A DNA stretch of 64,000 nt from positions 28,978 through 92,977 of the forward strand of contig CANQIL010000001.1 of the NCBI GenBank assembly GCA_947624045.1, given 5' to 3'. Origin of the DNA: an uncultured Bacilli bacterium (lineage in GTDB: Bacteria; Bacillota_I; Bacilli_A; RF39; UBA660). The notes under the pieces were generated by a model that made no database searches, was not told the origin of the DNA, and worked only from the letters and a program-made list of their open reading frames with translations. This document shows, in pieces, positions 20,217-27,792 of the stretch (its first letter is position 1; each line of letters opens with the position of its first letter). The position numbers and the translations under genes are program-made.

Positions 20217-20249
20217 GCGCCCACCTCTGGAAAAAGAGGAGGTGGGCGC
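20217..20249 (-). repeat. GC-rich hairpin between VR and TR
   Basis: Perfect 11-bp stem GCGCCCACCTC / GAGGTGGGCGC with an 11-nt loop, 33 nt past the stop codon. Confidence 0.6.
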
Positions 20250-20263
20250 AGGCCAAAGCAAAA

Positions 20264-20428
20264 GAGTAAATCGCTTACGCTCTATGGCGCGAAAGCCAAG
20301 CGACAAGAGACGTCGCTGTAGGAAATGCCAGAGTTGTCGTACACGTGGAACACTCCCGCACCCGCGGCATCGCTGTAGCTGCCGCCACGTAGGAACCACG
20401 GGTAACTGCGGATGACAAAGGTGGCATA
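20264..20428 (-). repeat. DGR-like variable repeat (VR): last 49 codons plus 18-nt 3' flank of the 20282..22366 gene
   Basis: The core 20348-20428 differs from the TR core at 14 positions, and 13 of these are adenines in the TR sense strand. Locally GC-rich in an AT-rich gene. Confidence 0.7.
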
Positions 20429-22366
20429 ATCACCGTACCAACTCGAAGTTTCTGATAAAGCGTGTCCATAACACACCCCTCCATTACAAGCTGATTCCGG
20501 TTTGGCTGATGACCAAGTGCTTGATGTTGGATTAGCACTTTTGTATTTATTGTAGTATTTCTCATTTGGCAAATCATAACTTCCTGTTGTACTACTTCCA
20601 CTACTATTTAACCCCCTAAATCCTGATGAACCTGCCACGATTTGTCCGCTATGTTCATCTTCTTCTTGAGCATCATATTCTAATACACCCATTACATATT
20701 CATATGCTCCTCCCGACATATCATATATTCCTGTTATATTTCCAGTTGTTGAAGCACCAGGTCCTGCTTGACCTTTTCCACTTTCTAAATTAGTCATATC
20801 ATTATAGACATAGCTTATTGCTGAACTACTTGCACTTGGACTTCCTCCACTATGTCCTGTTATATAGTTACTATCATTATTTATATATACTTCTTTATTA
20901 GCTCCTGTATATTCACTATTTCCATATTTGCCATATCTACTTTGGGAAAGGTATGCTACTGCTCCCCACTCATCATTCTTCATCATATGTAAGTCGCCAT
21001 TATTTTCATCAAATCCATAAGTACTTGCATTATTTTCTTGCATACTTCTTGACATAAAGTAGAAATTGCTTACTTTTTTACTTCTTATTGAAGCTATACC
21101 CGGTTTTACCGTTACACTACTTACATCACAACTTGTATTTGTACAACTTGAAACTGTACCTGTTGGCTCAAATTTTGAAACCCATATTCCTCCTCTTTTT
21201 GTTGGAGTATTGACTTCTTCATCAGTTTCAGGAAAATCAAAAGCTTCATTTGTATACCAACCACTTACTTCATCACCTATGTACCTAGCACTTCCTGTTT
21301 CTCTTTCATCTTCTTTCGATATGAATTTTACATCTACTTCTCCTGGCAATTTTTGGGTTGGCATTGTACAAGATGTTTTCTTACCATAATAATTTGTTCC
21401 TCCATTTTCACTTTTTATTGTATATGAATATCTTGGTATCCATACCCACATCGTATTTATGTAATCCATATCTATTGGAGTATTTACTTCATATTTTTTT
21501 ACTTCTTCTCGCCTATCGGCAATTATTGTTACGGCATTTGCCCACTCTTGATTAGCGTAATTATACCAACTATTATTTAAGTTATTTTCATCGGCTTTCC
21601 GCCACTCACCATTTTTATCATTTATTTTATAATAATATACCGGTACCATATCGCCATTTAATTCTGGTGGATTTGGTGTTGTTGGCTCCTCTACTGTTGG
21701 TGCATATCCATTTATAACTATGTCTTCTAATACATTATCGATTATTATAGTTTCATTAGAAAAGGTATAATCAGTATAATTTCTTCCGTCCATTGTTACA
21801 CTACATACTTCCGAATCTTTTCCTAAATTTTGTTTTAATTGTCCACCTTCTAAGACTTCTTGTACGTAATCATCAGTATTGCCTAGACCATTGTAAGTAA
21901 CAGTATAAATTGGAACAAATTCAAAAGTTAATAAATATGTTTTTGTTTCTGCTTGAGTTGAATTAAAGGTAATAGTGAATTCTTTAATACCACCTGAGCC
22001 TACTAATTTAGTACCTATCATATTTTCTTGTACTTCTACATTTTCATCAGTATCATATATTTCTAAAATACCCATATTTACTGTAGAATAATTAGTAATT
22101 TCAACTGTATAAGTAATACTAGTTGCTTGTTCTAAGGTATTTGTATAGCCTAACTTTACTTGATTCTTAGAATAATCTGAGTATTCTATGGTAACATTAT
22201 CCGGTTTACTATTAGCAGTAAAGTTAGTTACTCTAACATCTTCTTGAGGGCGATAATTTACTTCACCACTTATTTTTAAATCGCTATTTAAAGCAGAATA
22301 ACCTATACTCATACCTATTACAATTACTGCTATTAAGATTAGAATATATTTATTGTACTTTTCCAT
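20282..22366 (-). CDS. secreted or surface protein, paralog 2, with a C-terminal C-type-lectin/FGE-like domain; candidate DGR target
   Basis: Signal anchor MEKYNKYILILIAVIVIGMSIGYSALNS aligns with the paralog-1 N-terminus. Shared central and C-terminal blocks. Tail ...WFLRGGSYSDAAGAGVFHVYDNSGISYSDVSCRLAFAP. The ORF-track ATG at 22417 overlaps the predicted -10 box and was rejected. Confidence 0.85.
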   Translation of the reverse strand: MEKYNKYILILIAVIVIGMSIGYSALNSDLKISGEVNYRPQEDVRVTNFTANSKPDNVTIEYSDYSKNQVKLGYTNTLEQATSITYTVEITNYSTVNMGILEIYDTDENVEVQENMIGTKLVGSGGIKEFTITFNSTQAETKTYLLTFEFVPIYTVTYNGLGNTDDYVQEVLEGGQLKQNLGKDSEVCSVTMDGRNYTDYTFSNETIIIDNVLEDIVINGYAPTVEEPTTPNPPELNGDMVPVYYYKINDKNGEWRKADENNLNNSWYNYANQEWANAVTIIADRREEVKKYEVNTPIDMDYINTMWVWIPRYSYTIKSENGGTNYYGKKTSCTMPTQKLPGEVDVKFISKEDERETGSARYIGDEVSGWYTNEAFDFPETDEEVNTPTKRGGIWVSKFEPTGTVSSCTNTSCDVSSVTVKPGIASIRSKKVSNFYFMSRSMQENNASTYGFDENNGDLHMMKNDEWGAVAYLSQSRYGKYGNSEYTGANKEVYINNDSNYITGHSGGSPSASSSAISYVYNDMTNLESGKGQAGPGASTTGNITGIYDMSGGAYEYVMGVLEYDAQEEDEHSGQIVAGSSGFRGLNSSGSSTTGSYDLPNEKYYNKYKSANPTSSTWSSAKPESACNGGVCYGHALSETSSWYGDYATFVIRSYPWFLRGGSYSDAAGAGVFHVYDNSGISYSDVSCRLAFAP

Positions 22367-22412
22367 TTTTGCAAACACCTTTTTTCCACCAATTATATTT
22401 TTATCTAAGTAT

Positions 22413-22443
22413 ATCATACCCCCCCCCCATTAGGTCTTGTCAA
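22413..22443 (-). promoter_or_regulatory. candidate sigma-A promoter with a homopolymeric G10 spacer
   Basis: Minus strand TTGACA-agacctaatGGGGGGGGGG-TATGAT. The spacer is 19 nt, against an optimum of 17. Confidence 0.6.
22419..22428. repeat. homopolymer tract C10 (G10 on the coding strand)
   Basis: Ten consecutive C read directly from the sequence. Exceptional in this AT-rich context. Confidence 0.95.
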
Positions 22444-22620
22444 GAACTTTTTAATTTTTTTTACAGTTTGCACTATAATTTAATTTTTTATTTTACAATG
22501 GAAATTTTAAGACATTTAAAAAGCCTTGAAATGATACATTTTTTAAGAAAATGTAATTTTCAAGACTAAAAGTATTATAAAAACTAATTTATATAGAATC
22601 TTTTTTGTAATTTTACTTTG

Positions 22621-23721
22621 TTATACATTGAAACGGAAGTAACAAATATCGCCGTCTTGCATTAAATAATCTTTTCCCTCTAAACGAGCTCGACCGGCTT
22701 CTTTTACTTTTAATTCACTACCATATTTTATTAAGTCATCATAAGACATTACTTCGGCTTTAATAAAACCTTTTTCAAAGTCAGTGTGAATAATACCGGC
22801 ACATTTTTTAGCGTTAGTGCCTTTTTTAAAGGTCCAAGCTCGAACTTCATCTTTGCCTGTTGTGAAGAAAGTGGATAAGCCTAAAATATCATAAGTTGCT
22901 TTTATTAATTTATCTAAGCCAGAGATGTCTAGACCTAGTCCCTCTAACATTTCTTTTTTATCTTCTTCGGATAATTCACTTAATTCTTCTTCTACTTTAG
23001 CACATAGACTTATAACACGAGCATTTTCTTTTTGGGCATATTCTTTTACTTTTAAAACAAAAGCATTATCTTCATTACCTAAGTCGGCTTCTTTAATATT
23101 AGCTAAATAAATAATAGGCTTTAATGTTAAGAAGCTATATGATTTTAAAAGTTTTTGTTCTTCATCAGATAAACCTAATTGACGTAATGGCTTATTTTCT
23201 TCAAGAGCTTTTTTACATTTTTCTAGAACTTCTACTTCTAATAAGTCGTCTTTATTTTTGGTAGTACGAGCTTTTTTAGCTACTTTTTCTAGACGATTAT
23301 TGACTATGTCTAAATCAGATATGGCTAATTCTAAGTTTACTGTTTCTATATCTCTTATAGGGTCAATAGTTCCCTCTACGTGAATTATTTTACCGTCATC
23401 AAAACATCTAACAACTTCAACTATGGCGTCAACTTCGCGAATATGGGATAAAAATTTGTTACCTAAACCCTCGCCTTTACTAGCTCCTTTAACTAAACCG
23501 GCTATATCAGTAAATTCATAAGTTGTTGGGATAAAACGGTTTGGGTCATACATTTCTTTTAGTTTGTCCATACGTTCATCTTTAACAGTAACTACTCCAA
23601 CATTAGGCTCTATTGTCGCAAAGGGATAGTTTTCTGCTAAGATTTTTTGATTAGTTATAGCATTAAATAACGTTGATTTTCCTACATTAGGAAGCCCTAC
23701 TATGCCGGCTCTTAAACTCAT
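22621..23721 (-). CDS. ychF: redox-regulated ribosome-binding ATPase YchF
   Basis: G1 motif [13 protein letters not shown] and a C-terminal TGS-like domain (...[11 protein letters not shown]). Confidence 0.95.
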   Translation of the reverse strand: MSLRAGIVGLPNVGKSTLFNAITNQKILAENYPFATIEPNVGVVTVKDERMDKLKEMYDPNRFIPTTYEFTDIAGLVKGASKGEGLGNKFLSHIREVDAIVEVVRCFDDGKIIHVEGTIDPIRDIETVNLELAISDLDIVNNRLEKVAKKARTTKNKDDLLEVEVLEKCKKALEENKPLRQLGLSDEEQKLLKSYSFLTLKPIIYLANIKEADLGNEDNAFVLKVKEYAQKENARVISLCAKVEEELSELSEEDKKEMLEGLGLDISGLDKLIKATYDILGLSTFFTTGKDEVRAWTFKKGTNAKKCAGIIHTDFEKGFIKAEVMSYDDLIKYGSELKVKEAGRARLEGKDYLMQDGDICYFRFNV

Positions 23722-23725
23722 AATA

Positions 23726-24322
23726 TTACCTCTTTTCTAACATTTTAGTTAATCTTTTATAATCATTAGACTGCAAAAAATCTTGATAGTTGGATATTTC
23801 AATTAAACTTTCTTTTTCTATATCTTTAATAATTGAGTTGTAGTTAAATAATTTAGTAGCTAGTGGTTTTTCTCTATTTATTTCTAAGGGTAAAATGTAT
23901 TTTGAAAATGTTGTACTTAGAAAATCATTCTTTTCAAAAAAGCTTTTAGATGAAGTTAGACACTGTAAAGAAATATCACAATTTTCTTTTTTGGCGGCGG
24001 ACTTTATATAATTTAAAAGGATAGTACCATAACCTTTATGTCTATTTTCTTCAGTAATTAAAAATTGACTTATATGAAATAAATTTTTACTTGGTCTAGT
24101 AATTAAGGCATAACCTATTTGTTGATTATCTTCTTCTATAATTAGAATTTTTGCGTCTTTAGTTTTGTGTAAAACGATTTTTCGTAAAGCTTCTAGTTCT
24201 TCTTTAGTATTTGATTTTTGATTTGAAAAGGTGCCTGTTGCTCCAAATGTTTCATCATTAAATAAATTCAAACAAAAAGGAATATCTTCTTTTTTTATAC
24301 TTCTTATACTAATATAATTCAT
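23726..24322 (-). CDS. GNAT family N-acetyltransferase
   Basis: Acetyl-CoA motif region QQIGYALI...RHKGYGTILLNYI. Confidence 0.75.
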   Translation of the reverse strand: MNYISIRSIKKEDIPFCLNLFNDETFGATGTFSNQKSNTKEELEALRKIVLHKTKDAKILIIEEDNQQIGYALITRPSKNLFHISQFLITEENRHKGYGTILLNYIKSAAKKENCDISLQCLTSSKSFFEKNDFLSTTFSKYILPLEINREKPLATKLFNYNSIIKDIEKESLIEISNYQDFLQSNDYKRLTKMLEKR

Positions 24323-24432
24323 TAAAATCAGACCTTTCTTTGTAAAAATAACAGTTTAGTAGAATAATTATTTTTAGACTATCTGCCCTTTCTTACATAT
24401 TATATATAGTTTTAAGGATAAAAGCAAGGAAA

Positions 24433-24480
24433 GAAAAGAGTCTGGGCAAAATTAATTCATTTCCACTCAACCTTTATTCG
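24433..24480. repeat. left copy of an imperfect direct repeat of about 45 bp flanking a small islet
   Basis: GAAAAGAGTCTGGGCAAAATTAATTCATTTCCACTCAACCTTT... resembles 25942-25991 (about three-quarters identical by eye). Confidence 0.45.
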
Positions 24481-24623
24481 TAGCATTTTAATATCTATAA
24501 AATTAATAAAAATGTAAATTTTTTCTTATTTTTTGTAATTTTTTTTGGATTTATTGAAAATTTTTTTGGATTATGGTATATTTTTATTGGAAATGTGAAT
24601 AGTATATTATGATGAATATTGCC

Positions 24624-24652
24624 TTGACAAATATATTTTTATAGTGTAATAT
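24624..24652 (+). promoter_or_regulatory. near-consensus sigma-A promoter
   Basis: TTGACA, 17-nt spacer ending TG, TAATAT (extended -10). Confidence 0.6.
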
Positions 24653-24658
24653 ATTCAT

Positions 24659-24730
24659 CACTAGTCCTTTACTTATAGTCTGGGACTTATAGAGGCTTTA
24701 ACCGTTGCGCCAGTAAGCAATGGTTTTTCT
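24659..24730 (+). ncRNA. candidate small RNA of about 70 nt, unknown class
   Basis: Bounded by the 24624 promoter and the terminator AACCGTTGC-gccagtaa-GCAATGGTT plus a T run. Contains the direct repeat ACTTATAG twice. No ORF. Confidence 0.35.
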
Positions 24731-24734
24731 ATAT

Positions 24735-24756
24735 AAAAAAGACTTAATATTAAGTC
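24735..24756 (-). terminator. rho-independent terminator of the two-gene islet operon
   Basis: Perfect palindrome GACTTAATATTAAGTC overlapping the stop codon, followed on the minus strand by UUUUUU. Confidence 0.6.
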
Positions 24757-25181
24757 CATAGTGGCATCTTTCTTATCTCATTTGCAGAATTATCGGCATA
24801 ATAAGCGGTAATAAACTTTGCTGTATTATTACTATTAATTCTAATAATTACAACATAATCTTCTGGACTTATTATAGCAACTCGTCTATCTTTGTTATAT
24901 CTTTTTTTATCTCTATCCCATCCTAAATGCAATTCGGCTTTAGGATTTTTTAATACATATTCTATCCAATCAATTCTTAATGCTCTATTCTCAGAAAACA
25001 CATCTTTATTTCGCTTTAATTTATTTGAAGATTCATAAAATGCGTGTTCAAACTGATCTTCATAAAATTTAACTTCAATTCCATCAAATGTTTGTATTCC
25101 TTTTTTACAGTATTTTTCTACATAATATTTTTTATATTCATCTGGAGTAGATAAAATTACAAAACTTGGCACGTCATACAT
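24750..25181 (-). CDS. hypothetical protein
   Basis: 143-aa ORF separated by 1 nt from the upstream DUF3800-like ORF. No motif recognised with confidence. Confidence 0.6.
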   Translation of the reverse strand: MYDVPSFVILSTPDEYKKYYVEKYCKKGIQTFDGIEVKFYEDQFEHAFYESSNKLKRNKDVFSENRALRIDWIEYVLKNPKAELHLGWDRDKKRYNKDRRVAIISPEDYVVIIRINSNNTAKFITAYYADNSANEIRKMPLWT

Positions 25182-25182
25182 A

Positions 25183-25878
25183 TTATAACCTTATTTCAAA
25201 TAAATTGAATTTTGTAGCATTTTTAGTAGTTGGTTTCAATTCGTGCCCTAATTTAGTTTCAAGATAACTAATTAATTCTAACTTAACTTTTGAATTACCA
25301 TCTTTGCCAAAATTCATTTTATATGATGTTGCACCCATCAATATATCTTCTAATTGTAGAAAAACTGACTCATGTGACTCTATAGCATATATTTTCTCTA
25401 TACTATTAGGATGATTCTTATTATTTAAACATTTCTTTAAATCATTTAGTACATTTGGATCGCTATAAGTTTTTATATCTGTATATATTGTATATTTTGA
25501 TTCTGATGAAATCCAATTATTTAATAATTGATAATAGAACTTATAAAACCCCAATTCAGCATTATCATTATGATACTTTAAATCTATCTTATTTGAGTCT
25601 ATGCAAATTGTTCTAAAATTAATGTTATGAGTAACATATATATCTATCATTTCTTTATATAAATTTAAATACTTTTTAGTCACTCTATTCCATTTTAATT
25701 CAGTTTTAATGTTTAGATTATACTTTTTTTTCAAATCATTTATTTTGTTTTTTATTTCTAACCTATCATCTCTACTAATCATTACTCCACCAATAAATAT
25801 ATATTTATTTGTATTAGATATAACTTCTTTATTATAGAAAAGGTCTTGTCTGCTTTCGTCACAATATAATTCTATCAT
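25183..25878 (-). CDS. DUF3800-like protein
   Basis: N-terminal IELYCDES resembles the DUF3800 y.DESG motif. GAGGTG lies 5 nt before this ATG. Confidence 0.55.
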   Translation of the reverse strand: MIELYCDESRQDLFYNKEVISNTNKYIFIGGVMISRDDRLEIKNKINDLKKKYNLNIKTELKWNRVTKKYLNLYKEMIDIYVTHNINFRTICIDSNKIDLKYHNDNAELGFYKFYYQLLNNWISSESKYTIYTDIKTYSDPNVLNDLKKCLNNKNHPNSIEKIYAIESHESVFLQLEDILMGATSYKMNFGKDGNSKVKLELISYLETKLGHELKPTTKNATKFNLFEIRL

Positions 25879-25941
25879 TACATCACCTCGAATTACAAAC
25901 ATATTATACTATATTTCTACATATTTTTTAAGTATTTTTCA

Positions 25942-25991
25942 GAAAAAAAGAGCTGAGCAAAACTATTAATTTCAACTCAACACCTTTCTTG
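25942..25991. repeat. right copy of the imperfect direct repeat; also the terminator-like region after the AbgT-family gene
   Basis: AAAAAGAGCTGAGCAAAACTATTAATTTCAACTCAACACCTTT... On the minus strand it forms GUUGAG...CUCAGC followed by a U run. Confidence 0.45.
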
Positions 25992-25997
25992 ATATTT

Positions 25998-27593
25998 TTA
26001 AATTGTTGGATATACTCCTGGCCCTATTGGTAAACCTACTAAGTACCACATTATGACTACTAATATCCAAGTTATAGATATTAATATAAAATATGGACTT
26101 ATTAATTTTAAAGAATTTCTTATAGTGTAAGGTCTTTCTTTATGTAGATTATATATATTTAAGTAGCCTATGAAAATTACAAAGGAAGCTAGTAATGGAG
26201 TGAAGCCTTTAGTCATTGAATCGGCTGCTCGCATAACTATTTGAGCAAATTGAGGCGAAATATTTGACTGCATAAACATAGGAACAACAACAGGAGCAAA
26301 GATATACCATTTATTAGCAGTACTGGTAAAGAACAAATTAGCAACCGCAATAAATAATAAAGTTATTAAAATTAAAGGTATGCCTGTTACATCTATATAA
26401 CTTAATAAATTAGCAAGCCAAGCCGTTATTACTAAGCCAATGTTACTTTTTCTAAATATCGCAATAAATTGAGCTACAACAAAGATAAGTATGAAGATAC
26501 TTCCTAATTTTGAGAAGTTTTTACTAGATTTTTCAATTAGCTCTTTATCATTTTTAATAGATTTACTACCAATACCGTAAGCAATACCTGTTGTGATGAA
26601 TAAAAGCGCAACTAAATAAGTAAAGCCGTCTTGGAAATAAGAGTTTGCTCCAAATAATTGAGCTACATAAGTATTTTCAGTCATATCAAGTAACATTCCT
26701 GAGTATGGTAAGTTTGGTATTAAAGAATAAATGAAAATTAATAACACTATTAAGGATACAATTAAAGCAAAACGTAGACCTCTTTTTTCATTTTTATCTT
26801 TTTCAATTTGTTGCTGTTCTATTAAGTCAGTATCAATAATACTGTATTGTTCAGTTTTAGAAAAACCGTCATCTTTTTTGTATTTGCCTATTTTTGGGGC
26901 AATTATTTTTTCAATTATTATAGTTCCCACTATGGATAAAATTATGGAAACGGCTATGATAAAGAAAAGATTAGAACTTAGGGCGATGTGGATATTTTCA
27001 TCTATTAATAAAGCGGCGGCTTTGGTGTAGTCCATAAGTGATACTTCCATTGAGCCAACAAAGATAGATACGCCATAACTAAAGGCTACTCCACAAAAGG
27101 CGGTTGTTATTCCTAGGATAGGGTTACGACCATTGATAAAATAGATAAGAGCTGCTAAGGGGATAAGAATGGCATAACCTACTTCATTTATAAGTGAAGA
27201 AATTGTAGCGATTAGTAATAACAAAAAGGTTAAAGTTGTTTTGGGAATTTTACTTAGATGTCTTCTTGTTAAGGTTTCAATGAAACCTGAACCCTCGGCA
27301 ATAGTTATACCTAGTAAGGAAATTAATAGAGTTCCTAGTGGGCCAAAACTTAAAAAGTTTTTAGCGGCATTACTAATAATAAATTTAAGCCCGGAAAAGC
27401 TTAGGAGGTTTTCTACTACAACAAGGGTTGGCTCTAAGTCTTTGGAATTAGTATTGACAGTGTTGTAAGTAGCTTGCATTTCAAAGGCAGAAAGTATTCC
27501 ACTTAATATAATTACGAAAAATATTAAGAAAAGAAATACAGTTATTGGGTGAAGAAAAAATTTTTTTAGTTTTAGTTTGCGTTTATCTTTCAT
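25998..27593 (-). CDS. AbgT family (aminobenzoyl-glutamate-type) transporter
   Basis: About 530-aa polytopic membrane protein. N-terminal region (LLSFSGLKFIISNAAKNFLSFGPLGTLLISLLGITIAEGSG) resembles the AbgT signature. Start at MKDKRK, with AAGGGG 7 nt upstream. Confidence 0.8.
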   Translation of the reverse strand: MKDKRKLKLKKFFLHPITVFLFLIFFVIILSGILSAFEMQATYNTVNTNSKDLEPTLVVVENLLSFSGLKFIISNAAKNFLSFGPLGTLLISLLGITIAEGSGFIETLTRRHLSKIPKTTLTFLLLLIATISSLINEVGYAILIPLAALIYFINGRNPILGITTAFCGVAFSYGVSIFVGSMEVSLMDYTKAAALLIDENIHIALSSNLFFIIAVSIILSIVGTIIIEKIIAPKIGKYKKDDGFSKTEQYSIIDTDLIEQQQIEKDKNEKRGLRFALIVSLIVLLIFIYSLIPNLPYSGMLLDMTENTYVAQLFGANSYFQDGFTYLVALLFITTGIAYGIGSKSIKNDKELIEKSSKNFSKLGSIFILIFVVAQFIAIFRKSNIGLVITAWLANLLSYIDVTGIPLILITLLFIAVANLFFTSTANKWYIFAPVVVPMFMQSNISPQFAQIVMRAADSMTKGFTPLLASFVIFIGYLNIYNLHKERPYTIRNSLKLISPYFILISITWILVVIMWYLVGLPIGPGVYPTI

Positions 27594-27606
27594 TGGGTAC
27601 CCCTTT

Positions 27607-27792
27607 CTAATCAATTATTTTTTTAAGTTTCTTATTAAATTCTATGCGTGGTAGAAGAATAGTTCTTCCACAATGTAAGCATTTTATTTTAATGTCGGCA
27701 CCGAGTCTGACAATTTCCCATTCGTTTGTTCCGCAAGGGTGTTGTTTTTTCATTATTACTTTGGTACCTATTTGATAATTATTTTTTTCCAT
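27607..27792 (-). CDS. DUF951 (YyzM-like) protein
   Basis: 61 aa with KKQHPCG...W.I.R.GADIKIKC..CGR pattern. Conserved neighbour of ychF/parB in Bacilli. Confidence 0.8.
   Translation of the reverse strand: MEKNNYQIGTKVIMKKQHPCGTNEWEIVRLGADIKIKCLHCGRTILLPRIEFNKKLKKIID

Noticed and set aside
20340-20356. A parS-like CACGTGGAACA core inside the variable repeat.
   Set aside because: It matches only about 11 of 16 parS positions (cgTAcACGTGGAACAc). It arises within the diversified codons and is most likely coincidental.
19929-20601. ORF-track entries 19929..20141, 20214..20399 and 20275..20601 (minus strand), 61-108 aa.
   Set aside because: They are open frames created by the locally GC-rich TR and VR blocks and the hairpin. 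They overlap the real gene end in other frames, lack an RBS, and their products are low-complexity Arg/Gln/Leu strings.
22367-22417. The ORF-track start codon at 22417 for the candidate DGR target (MIYLDKNIIGGKKVFAK...).
   Set aside because: That ATG lies inside the predicted -10 box (TATGAT). The paralog alignment and signal-anchor position support MEKYNKY at 22366.
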